Shown here: piece by piece, positions 39,001-51,364 of the stretch
Numbering within the stretch: position 1 is the first letter of the stretch
Layout of the letters: the number at the start of each line of letters is the position of its first letter
Assembly: GCF_964204645.1 (NCBI RefSeq)
Contig: NC_134033.1
Location: 4,302,231-4,366,230 of the forward strand
Direction of reading: 5' to 3'
DNA length: 64,000 nt
Origin: Tubulanus polymorphus
Taxonomy: Eukaryota; Animalia; Nemertea
The notes under the pieces: model-generated
Told to the model about the DNA's origin: nothing
Databases searched by the model: none
What the model saw: the letters and a program-made list of their open reading frames with translations, nothing else
Translations under genes and position numbers: made by a program

Positions 39001-42000
39001 CATTAAATACGTTTCTCTCTGTTTCACAAATGAATGTCGTATGTGTCTCCTCGATTTGACACGGGAATCGAACCCAGTTCGCCAATCCTCGTGGATTATT
39101 CAGTATCATCGCCGTACACGGCATATTGACGTCGTTTATCGGTTGTTTTCGTAGCAGAGATATCAATCCTCGAATAACTTTTGGTATCGTTTCATTAACA
39201 GCAGCAGGTTTAAACCATTCTGCGTAACTGAACAGCTTCCCATCAGACCACGAGTAATAACCACTGGACTCCTTTAAAAATAAAAAAATACACACTTGTA
39301 ATACAATCATTGAAGAAAACTCTTTTTGGATTATTTTCTGTGTTCTAATCATTTTTGGAATAACTTCTTATCTTGTCACATGACAAGAACATGAATCATA
39401 ATCATCAAAGCTCAATTAGATGATTGATATTTGATATGTATTTTACCTGCCATTTCAATCCAATCATCACAATAAGCGCCGCCTGTGAATATGCCACATG
39501 AAGTAGTTCTGTAGCGAACAGCTTTTTTACGGCCATCATTTCACGTTGAGAGTTGATACTGAGAAGATGTCCTCCATATTTCTGTTGACAGTAGATTTCA
39601 GCGTTCTCCCAATTCAGACGTTCATGTTTAATGTATCTGATACACGAAACGCCTGAATCTATGAAATCTGATCGGCAGCCATTGATTCGGTGTTTCAGTA
39701 AAGGCGATTGTTCTAAAGTGTATTGAATTCGAAATATTGGCATGTACATGGATAACTCAAAATACAAGTCATACCCGAGTAGACTGTACAATACAAGTCC
39801 TGCTACTGCGTTATTCGCACATATTGTTGTTATATGACGGGTTTCTGTAAAGGTGGAAAATAAATTGTTCGGTTCATCAAATAATTTGATAATTTGTGTT
39901 AGTACAATTGATCCCCTTGTGCGGGTACCAACAGATTCGGAGCATGATGTTTGTCCGATAAATTTAAACAGGAATCTGATGTAACGATTTATATTTTTGT
40001 CAGTAGGAAAAGAAAAACTAAAGAATATAGTTGAGGAGGTTGATAATCCAGGGAAGTCCGGTGACTGCACGAGTCCACAATCTACAGTGTTCCTTGAAAT
40101 TCCACCCATAAACCGTGGAGCCGGTTGACTTGGTTTTAGTTTCTGACATTTACGTCGTAATACAATCATTAGTGCTGACCTCCAGAATTCATATTTAGTG
40201 CGTAATAATTTCACATGGTTTAATACGAGACTGGTGTTTAACACGTGACTATCGAAACTTATCGCTGAACAGGGATTCATAGCTCCACGATAACATCTGT
40301 CAATTTGATATTCGTGTTCTGATAATACATCAATGCTTTCTATCGGTAGGCGTCGATTTCCAGGTGTAATCACGAGACAGTATGACGTCATTGTGACCTG
40401 ACGTTCTCCTTCCTGCAGAACATGACCGTCACAGTCAGTCGGAACTAATTTTAGTCTACCAGTTACTAGTTTATCGTGCCAGTTGTAAGCGTACGCTACT
40501 ACAGTAACCGGTCCACCTGATGTAATCAGACTGACGACAGATCGACCGTAGTTTCCCAAACCACCAGCAGGACAATACGGACCATAGCGTCTAGCTGTGA
40601 AATTACTACCATCAAATATATAAAAACCAGCTCTCTCACATTTCTCTGATAAAACTGTTAATTCCTGAGTTCCTAATACAGACTCATAGATGTCGATTTT
40701 CGAGCTGAGTGCAAATCTACTGATACGATATTGTAACTTCCGTTTCGGATAACGGGGGAACAGACTGGTAAGTTGCACTGAATGAGTATTTGCAACCTAC
40801 AATAGATGTAAACATAGAGTAAATCATCGGTATTCAATAAATATTCATTCCGTATTTTCCTTTGCCCTTTAACCGAAAATATTGCGACTCTGTCGTTAAA
40901 GGGTCAATGACTTATGTTCGACCAGGTTTGATTTAAAAAAATTACGATTCATGTGAATTTTACACATTGTTTCATCGTTGTTAAACAATTTAAATACAAT
41001 ACAATAAATTGACGATGTATTTTCATGCTGTTTTAACTCACTTTTTTATCTTCCACTTTGACGTCTGTTTCCCTCAATGATTCTATTTTGTATTCGATCG
41101 ATGTTGAATTCCTCAACGATTTTCCGAAAAGATTCTCTGACAACAGTAAACACAATATCACGAGAAATCCGTCAGATTTTACGCCTAACGATTCCAGGAA
41201 GTTTTCGCCGAGTAAAATATCAGTTCCGACAACCGTTAAACCTTCCAGTTTATAAACACCGATGACGTCACCGGAAGTGACGAGATCACGTGACCAGTTG
41301 AAGACGACGTACTGCAGTATTTCAGCTGTGATAGACCAGCAGTATAAGCGTTTAGACTGAGTTATTACGTGCGGCCTATCACCAGGAATGAGCACTCCGG
41401 ATTTGATTTTACAGATCGGAATCGATGGATTCGAAATATTCCAATCTGATATCCTATACAGTTTTACAAATAGATTAGTTTTGAGATATAATCCAGCCCG
41501 TTTCATTGAAAAAGTGATGATAGCTCTGTTAGTTTTCGTGTAAATAGAGATGGGCGGATGTCCGGTTTGTTCCCGTATATTCATTATAGGTTCACTTGTG
41601 TTCCATCCGTCATAAATTTGAACGGTCAAATTTAAACCTGCTTGTTCTAATCTAAAATCTATTTTCTCAAAAGTCAGATTCATACCGAAACCCTCTGGTA
41701 TCCCGGACCACTCGAGCTGCAGGAAATTACATATTCCATACATCTGGATGATAGTAAATTTATAACCAGTTTCAAAAGTTTGCAATTGTTTTAGTTGGTT
41801 GGACGAACAGTGGTGAACAGTTTTCAGATGTTTTTCCTCCAAACGGTAAAATACATAAACTCGACTTCCTTTCACAACATCATTTACATCACTCTTAAAC
41901 ATCAACGATAATGAATTACTGCGGTAAATATCTAATTATTTTCCAGCACCGCACAGTAAGTTATCAGAATCGCTGATTTGAAGATAGTTATCTCTACAGA

Positions 42001-42271
42001 ATATAGACGGCTCGATGTCGTAGTAAACTTGGACGCGAAAGGTACCAGGTAAAGAGCTGTTGACGAACCAACGACACTCAACACCGCGTGTAAACGACGG
42101 ATAGTTCGGTGAAACGATGTAACCGGACGTAGAATCGAGTGAAAACCACGTATTGTTACACCGTGAACTGACAGTTACAGACGGTTGATCGGTAGAGATC
42201 CGATCAGTCGTCTGAACCGACGACAGTTTCATTAGTAGAATGAGTAATAACGTTAAGAGACTGCGCGTCAT
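36041..42271 (-). pseudogene. GRL101-like GPCR, copy C (single premature stop, otherwise open)
   Basis: Exons 42271-41042, 40796-39447 and 39271-36041. CAA>TAA at 41936-41938 (GAGK* where paralogs have GAGKQLD). TM7 reads LPIIPTLNP instead of LPINSTLNP. Confidence 0.85.
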
Positions 42272-43054
42272 GTTGACATTCTCCTCGATCAGTTTAACTC
42301 TAACTACAGCGAATAGATTTTAATCCAATTAATGTTGGACGTTTCCGAGTGAGTGAGAGAGAGAGGAAGAGAGGATGAGTCGACTACACGGCGCTCACTA
42401 AAAATTAAATTCGATAATCTACGAAACCGAGTAATGATTAACGAGATTAAAAATCTTATTCGATATTCATTGCCTAGTCAGTTCTATATCTATATATCTA
42501 CATACAATTTTAAAATGTCCTTCGTCCAGTGGTAAGCCGACAACGCTACTGCGGCAAGCGAGGATTCAGAGATAATCCTCCAGGTGTCGCTAGTGGCACT
42601 GGGTTACCGCACTGCAAATTTATTTTTCACAAGAGACCCGCGCATGCGCAGCAATAAACACCACGACTATTTTATGATCCCAATTTTGATCGTCGATAGA
42701 AAATGGCGGCTTTTTTGATAGTATTTATTCTTTCTAAGGGCATAAGATTCACACTAAGGTCCAAAGGGTCAGAGTTAGGTTAGGGTTAGAGTAGGCTTAG
42801 GTTTAGGATTAGCGTTTTAACGGGAAAAATGATAGGTAAAAATGTAATAAATGTAAGTATAGTTAAAAGTTGCTTAGCCTTCACTCGAGCTTGTGTGTTC
42901 GAATCCAATTTTCAAAATATCAATTTCCAATTTTCCAAGAGGATGAAACATACTGAAAAACTGATAAAGATAATAATTATCTAAGAAATGTTTTATTATG
43001 TTAATGTGATGATATCTTAACTGCCGAAAAGTGAACTATCTGCAATAAACGACT

Positions 43055-43322
43055 TTACACTTGCTCATTCTTACCAGTAAGATCTGGGCGTATTGTAGAT
43101 TCGTAATCATCTTTGAAATAAAGAACAACGCCACCGCCCTTTACATCATTCGAGCGGCTTTTGGAAATACTATTGTAGCCAGGTAGTTTATAAAGATTAT
43201 TGTTATGGGCATTATTATTACTCCAAGTCTCAGTAAGTCCTTTGATAGAAAAATCGGATTTCATACAATTGATATAGACAGTGAAAGAATCAAAATTTTT
43301 GTTGCAACTTCGAATATTAAAA
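43055..43322 (-). mobile_element. CR1/L2-type LINE fragment (APE endonuclease N-terminus)
   Basis: Translation FNIRSCNKNFDSF..DFSIKGLTETWS..LPGYNSISKSRS..KGGGVVLYFK matches the pattern of non-LTR APE domains. Confidence 0.8.
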
Positions 43323-43948
43323 GTGAAAATTGAAAATTGACTTTTATCGAATTCAAATTTATTTTCCTCTTACTGACAATTAGAAAATCATTTCTGAAAA
43401 TAATGCAGTTAAGCACCCTGGATTTTTATGCGCGCTTTAAAAAAAACTGACCACCGATTTTCATATCGCTCCCATGTCGCATTGTGGCATATCGGAGACA
43501 TGTTTTTGCATCACTGAAAACTAGAGATTCATACGGTTTAAATGTTGTTAAAACTGTCAAATTCCAACAATGGACCAAAGAAACGTGATACAGGACAAAA
43601 GTGCTCTAACTAAATGGCAGCTATAGTAATTGTACGTTTTTTGAACCTTGTTATAACGAGTTCGGATATAAAGATTTATCAGTCATTACGAACCGTGAAT
43701 TTCATCCCAAATCGAATAATTTCAATATATTCACACCGGATGAGCCGGGCTGGCGATGGTTTGCAATCTCGGGGTACGCGATAAAAGAAGCCCCGTTTGG
43801 CAGGCGCTGTCTTTACTGTGGTTCATCGTAAAATTTTGAAATATCGTATTATGTGTTATATCTGAACGTGATTTTTGTTGAGTGAAGCGGTTATCTTTTA
43901 AGCTGCATTGTAGAGGAAATAAGTTATAATCATTCATCAATACTATCA

Positions 43949-46900
43949 TCATTTTATTGGTTGTCGTTTATTGCGTTTATTTCGAGCTCGTATGGATTTC
44001 ATATCGATAGTTAGAATAGTGTAAAGAAGCGGGTTCAGAGTTGAGTTAATCGGCAAGAAAAGAACGGCCAGCCAAGCGGCCACCTGGTTCGGTATCTCGA
44101 CCGAAAATACGGCGCAAAACTGAACGATTATTAACGGTAACCAGCAAAATAAATTACACAAATTGATGACTAAACTGCGTCGAGCTAGAACGAGTTCTGT
44201 AGGATCGACTCTACCCGAACCGGACCTGCTTCCGGATACATACTTGTACATCTGCGCGTACGACATCATTATCAGAGTGAGAATGATCGCGTTTAATACA
44301 GCGAATATAGCGAACGAATATTGCCAACCATTGACATCTATAGATATTAAATTCATAGGTAAACAGATACCCGTACTACCGTAAAAATTATCACCGAAAT
44401 AAGACGACCGAGACAGCGGCAGAAAGGCGATTAAACTCAGAAATATCCAGCATAAACAAGACAGAATCATAATGATACTTGAGGATAAAACCGGGTTACC
44501 GGAAAATGGGTCGATTATATTGGAATATCTGAAACGCGTGAGGAGAAGGAGAAATGTTAAAGAGCCTTCGCAAGATATCGTCACAACAATTCCGGCAACA
44601 CCGCATAATGAACTACGAGTCCAAGTTTCAGAATTCAGAAAATAAACACCTTTATAAACGTGATCAGTTGCAGCGATCAGAAACAGATAAACAGACATCA
44701 GGAAATCACAAAGCGCGATATTAATGATGAGGATATCCGACGATCTATTTTGCGTTTCTGACGAAACTCGAATCGACCTAAAACGAAATAAAATAACGGT
44801 AATATTGGAAGTGCAAGTAAAACAAGCGATGATCCAGATAACAGCTCTGAGGACAGTGTTCTCAATGAGGTCTGAACACGATGAGAATTGATCAGGATCC
44901 GGGAGACACCGGTCAATATTCGGCGCCAGACAACAGAATTTATACGCGTCCGAAGCGAGAAAATATAAAGACGTCAGATTATCGAAGATATTATTTTCCG
45001 TAGAAATGATCCGAGAATTGTTAGTGAAATCTAGAACTCCCAGTGACCTCAACCCAGCAAACGCGTATCTGGATATTGATTCGATTACGTTACTGCTGAT
45101 ATTCAAATATTTCAGCGCTGGTAAACCTCGGAATACGTTACGAGTAAGAATCGATATAGAGAGTTCACGGAGATCCATAACCGGAAGTGACGTCAAACCG
45201 TTGAAGCTTCCGTCGTTCAAATATCTCAGCGGATTTCCAGCGAGTAAAAGTTGTTTCAAACTGTTTAAACCGGTGAATGTATCAGTATCTAGTGATACTA
45301 GGCGATTATACGACAGATCTAATGTATTTAGATTGCGTAGATTAGAAAACGCGTTGGAGACAATGTCAGATAAATCATTACGGGAAATATTGAGCAAGAA
45401 AAGGTACAGAAAAGAGGAAAATGTCGATTCATTGAATCTAACTCGGTTATTCGATAAAATCAAAACTCGAGTCGAAGCGGCAAAAATTCGAGAAATATCC
45501 GATAAAAAAGTATTTTCACAATCGATGAAACGACCTTGACATTTACAATAGTTAGGACACGTGACGTCGCAGTAAGCCTCGTCATCCGAGTTATGTTTAC
45601 AATTAACGACGCCATCGCAAACTTCCGACTGAGGAATACATCGATGTTCGTCAGTGCATTTAAACATTCCCGGACACGAAAACGTTTCGCAATTGAATTC
45701 ATCTTCTGAATTAGGACAATCTGATCGACCATCGCACACGTGTCTAATCGGTATACAGTAAGACGATGGACATTTCACTGTACCAGCCGGACATTCAAAC
45801 TCATTACAATTCAGTAAATGTTCGAGTCTTCTACAAACAGGAAAACCTGTCGGCATTCTTTCTAAAATACATCTATCTCTTCTCGCGTAACAATGAGGAG
45901 AATCGAATGAACATCTTTGTTTATCCGATTCGGTACAGAGTGAAGTGAAATTGGTCGTGCAGTAGTTCTCTGTAGTGCAGTGACTTTGTGGTTTGATTGT
46001 TATATCGGTCGTTACTATTTCATCTTCTTCGAGGTCCCCGCCACAATCTACAACACCATCCCGATACAACAGAGAACTGATACATTCACCATTTACGCAC
46101 AAAAACCCGTTACATTCGTCCGAAGAGCAGCCGATCTCATCGGATTTGTCTTGACAATCAACCAGTCCATCACATCGTTTATATTTAACGACACATTGTC
46201 CGTCGTTACACTTAAACTGATCAGAGGAACATGAAATATGATAGCACGAGTTCTCATCCGAGCTATCGACGCAATCTCTCATAAAGTTACAGAAACCGCT
46301 AATCGATATAACCTGTCCATCGTTACAGCGGAACTGACTGTGTAAATTGATATCCGTACAATCGAGTTCATCTTCGCCGTGTTGACAGTCGTTTCTGGTA
46401 TCGCATACGCGACGGTCGCTGATACATCTTTGATCGTTACATTCAAACTGCCACGATTTACAACCGTTTCTAGAAATTAACTCTTCAACAGTTACATCAT
46501 AGGAACATAGCACGGAATGAGCTTCATCTGTGACATTATCGAGGGCAGTCACTGACCATTTCACTGTTTGAAAATATGTTATCAAATCTCTAATTACAAC
46601 TGGTTTTATTGCCATAATTCTTCCGCTTGTATGATTAGTCAGTATAGCGCCATATTGATGCTGATAGTGGAAAACATTTATCAAATACTGAATTTCAATA
46701 TCAGATGTTATTATACTTATGTCTCCGCCGATTGTAAGACACATTTCTCTGGCTGTTTGGATTGTTAAACTTTCAGATTGGAGCGTTTGCCAGTCTGTAA
46801 GTATTTGATAGCAATGCGCTTCTATATGAATCCATCCTCTTAGACACGTGGAGTTTAATCGTTCAAAGTTGTTGAGTGTTATTTCAGTTGTATCGTTTTG

Positions 46901-49900
46901 TGAAGATGCATTAAAATCGATTCTTTCTGCTTCACAAATAAATGTTGTATGCGTTTGTATGATTTGACACGGGAATCGAACCCAGTTCGCTGATCCTCGT
47001 GGATTATTCAGTATCATCGCCGTACACGGCATATTGACGTCATTTATCGGTTGTTTTCTTAGCGGAGATATCAATCCTCGAATAACTTCTGGTATCGTTT
47101 CATTAACAGCAGCAGGTTTAAAACATTCTGCGTAACTGAACGGTTTCCCATCAGACCACGAGTAATAACCACTGGACTCCTTTAATTAAAAGCCAAACAC
47201 TTGTTATACATACATTGCAGTAAACTCTTTTTGTTCTAATCATTTATGAATAACTTGATCATTATCTTCACACATGTATTTTACCTGCCATTTCAATCCA
47301 ATCATCACAATAAGCGCCGCCTGTGAATATGCCTCTTGAAGCAGTTTTGTAGCAAACAGCTTTTTTACGGCCATCATTTCACGTTGAGAGTTGATACTGA
47401 GAAGATGTCCTCCATATTTCTGTTGACAGTAAATTTCAGCGTTCTCCCAATTCAGACGTTCATGTTTGATGTATCTAATACACGAAACACCTGAATCTAG
47501 AAAATCTGATCGGCAGCCATTGATTCGGTGTTTCAGTAAAGGCGATTGTTCCAAAGTGTATTGAATTCGAAATATTGGCATGTACATTGACAGCTCAAAA
47601 TACAAGTCATACCCGAGTAGACTGTACAATACAAGTCCTGCTACTGCGTTATTTTCACATATTGTTGTTGTATGACGGGTTTCTGTAAAGGTGGAAAATG
47701 AATTGTTCGGATCATCAAATAACTTGATAATTTGTGTTAGTAATATTGATCCCCTTGTGCGGGTACCAACAGATTCGGAGCATGATGTTTGTCCGATAAA
47801 TTTAAACAGGAATCTGATGTAATGATTTAATTTTTTGTCAGTAGGAAAAGAAAAACTAAAGAATATAGTTGAGGACGTTGATAATCCAGGGAAGTTCGGT
47901 GACTGCACGAGTCCACAATCTACAGCGTCCCAAGAAATTCCACCAAATGACCTTGGATACAGTTGACTTTGTTTTAATTTCTGACATTTACGTCGTAATA
48001 CAATCATTAGTGGTGAACTCCAGAATTCATATTTAGTTCGTAATGATTGCACATGGTTTAATACAAGACTGGTATTAAACACGTGACTATTGAGACTTAT
48101 CGTTAAACAGGGAGTCCTAGCTGTACGATAACATCTGTCAATTTGATATTCGTGTTCTGATAATACATCTATGTTTTCTATCGGTAGGCGTCGATTTTCA
48201 GGTGTAATCACGAGACAGTATGACGTCATCGTGATTCGACGTTCTCCTTCCTGTAGAACATACCCGTCACAATCAGTTGGAACTAATTTTAGTGTACCAG
48301 TTACTAGTTTATCATGCCAGTTGTAAGCGTATGCTACTACAGTAACCGGTCCACCTGATGTAATCAGGCTGACGACAGATCGACCGTAGTATGAACCAGG
48401 ACAATACGGACCATAGCGTCTAGCTGTAAAATTTCCACCATCAAATATATAAAAACCAGCTCGATCACAATTCTCTGATAAAACTGTTAGTTTTAATCCA
48501 TAACCTGATAATTCATACTCATGAATGTCAATTTTCGAGCTGAGTGCAAATCTACTGATACGATATTGTAACTTTCGTTTCGAATTACGGGGGAACAGAC
48601 TATAATATTGCACTGAATGATCATTTCTAACCTACAATAGATGAAAACAGAGTAAATCATCGGTTTTCAATTAATGTTCATACCTTATTTTCCTTTGCCA
48701 TTTAAACAAAAAATATGACTCATGTTCGATCTGATTCGATTGCAAAAATTACGTGAATCGTACTTTCATCGTTGATAAAACACTTTCAAATCAATACAAT
48801 AAATTGACGATTTATTTTCATGCTGTTTTAACTCACTTTTTTATCTTCCACTTTGACGTCTGTTTCCTTCAATGATTCTATTTTGTATTCGATCGATGTT
48901 GAATTCCTCAACGATTTTCCGAAAAGATTCTCTAATGACAATAAACACAATATCACGAGAAATCCGTCAGATTTTACGCCTAACGATTCCAGGTAGTTTT
49001 CGCCGAGTAAAATATCAGTTCCGACAACCGTTAAACCTTCCAGTTTATAAACACCGATGACGTCACCGGAAGTGACGAGATCACGTGACCAGTTGAAGAC
49101 GACGTACTGCAGTATTTCAGCTGTGATAGACCAGCAGTATAAGCGTTTAGACCGAGTTATCACGTGCGGCCTATCACCAGGAATGAGCACTCCGGATTTG
49201 TTTTTACAGATCGGAATCGATGGATTCGAAATATTCCAATCTGAAATTCTATACAGTTTTACAAATAGATTAGTTTTGAGAGTCACTCGGACCTGTTTCA
49301 TTGAAAAAGTGACGATAGCTCTGTTAGTTTTAGTGTAAATAGAGATGGGCGGATGTCCGGTTTGTTCCCGTATATTCATTATAGGTTCACTTGTGTTCCA
49401 TCCGTCATAAATTTGAACGGTCAAATCTAAACCTGCTTGTAACAATCGAAGATCTATTCTCTCAAAAGTCAGATTCATACCTAAACCCTCTGGTATCCCG
49501 GACCACTCGAGCTGCAGGAAACTACATAATATTCCATACATTTCGATGATAGCAAATTTATAACCAGTTTCAAAAGTTTGCAATTGTTTTAGTTGGTTGG
49601 ACGAACAGTGGTGAACAGTTTTCAGATGTTTTTCCTCCAAACGATAAAATACATAAACTCGACTTCCTTTCACAACATCATTTACATCACTCTTAAACAT
49701 CAACGATAATGAATTACTGCGGTAAATATCTAATTGTTTTCCAGCACCGCACAGTAAGTTATCAGAATCGCTGATGTGAAGATAGTTATCTCTACAGAAT
49801 ATCGACGGCTCGATGTCGTAGTAAACTTGGACGCGAAAGGTGCCCGGTAAAGAGCTGTTGACGAACCAACGACATTCAACGCCGCGCGTAAACGACGGAT

Positions 49901-50069
49901 AATTCGGTGAAACGATGTAACCGGACGTAGAATCGAGTGAAAACCACGTATTGTTACACCGTGAACTGACAGTTACAGACGGTTGATCGGTAGAGATCCG
50001 ATCAGTCGTCTGAACCGACGACAGTTTCATTAGTAGAATGAGTAATAACGTTAAGAGACTGCGCGTCAT
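43949..50069 (-). CDS. GRL101-like LDLa/LRR GPCR with CUB-like and C-type lectin domains, copy D (intact, ~1936 aa, 3 exons)
   Basis: Exons 50069-48837, 48631-47285 and 47179-43949, phase 0, one open frame. Same domain motifs as copy B. W>C in the CTL1 YAEW motif (~47124). Confidence 0.92.
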
Positions 50070-50853
50070 GTTAACATTCTCCACGATCAGTTTAACTCTA
50101 AATACGGCGAATAGATTTTAATCCAATTAATGTTGGGCGTTTCCGAGTGAGTCAGAGAGAGCGGTAGAGAGGATGAGTCAGACTACACGGCGCTCACTAA
50201 AAATTAAATTCGATAATCTACGAAACCGAGTAATGATTAACGAGATTAAAAATCTTATTCGATATTCAGTGCCTAGTCAGTTCTATATCTATATATCTAC
50301 ATACAATTTTAAAATGTCTTTCGTCCAGTGGTAAGCCGACAACGCTACTGCGGCAAGCGAGGATTCAGAGATAATCCTCCAGGTGTCGCTAGTGGCACTG
50401 GGTTACCGCACTGCAAATTTATTTTTCACAAGAGACCCGCGCATGCGCAGCAATAAACACCACGACTATTTTATGATCCCAATTTTGATGGTCGATAGAA
50501 AATGGCGGCTTTTTTGATAGTATTTATTCTTTCTAAGGGCATAAGATTCACACTAAGGTCCAAAGGGTCAGAGTTAGGTTAGGGTTAGAGTAGGCTTAGG
50601 TTTAGGATTAGCGTTTTAACGGGAAAAATGATAGGTAAAAATGTAATAAATGTAAGTATAGTTAAAAGTTGCTTAGCCTTCACTCGAGCTTGTGTGTTCG
50701 AATCCAATTTTCAAAATATCAATTTCCAATTTTCCAAGAGGATGAAACATACTGAAAAACTGATAAAGATAATAATTATCTAAGAAATGTTTTATTATGT
50801 TAATGTGATGATATCTTAACTGCCGAAAAGTGAACTATCTGCAATAAACGACT

Positions 50854-51120
50854 TTACACTTGCTCATTCTTACCAGTAAGATCTGGGCGTATTGTAGATT
50901 CGTAATCATCTTTGAAATAAAGAACAACGCCACCGCCCATTACATCATTCGAGCGGCTTTTGGAAATACTATTGTAGCCAGGTAGTTTATTAAGATTATT
51001 GTTATGGGCATTATCATTACTCCAAGTCTCAGTAAGTGCTATGATAGAAAAATCGGATTTCATACAATTGATGTAGTCAGTGAAAGAATCAAAATTTTTG
51101 TTGCAACTTCGAATAATAAA
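50854..51120 (-). mobile_element. CR1/L2-type LINE APE fragment (duplicate of 43055-43322)
   Basis: DFSIIALTETWS..LPGY..GGGVVLY with the same flanks as the first copy, so it was co-duplicated rather than independently inserted. Confidence 0.8.
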
Positions 51121-51364
51121 AGTGCAAATTGAAAATTGACTTTTATCGAATTCAAAGTTATTTTCATCATACTGACAATTAGAAAATCATTTCTGAAAAT
51201 AATGCAGTTCAGCTACCTGGATTTTTATGCGCGCTTTGAAAAACTGACCACCAATTTTCAAATTCCATCAATGGACCAAAGAAACGTGATACAGGACAAA
51301 AGTGCTCTAACAAAATGGCGGCTATAGTAACTGTACGTTTTTTGAACCTTGTTATCACGAGTTC

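Noticed and set aside
36041-50069. Copies A/B versus C/D as an uncollapsed haplotype artefact
   Set aside because: All four copies differ by private indels and substitutions, and their flanks are arranged differently. True paralogy is more parsimonious, though read depth should confirm it.
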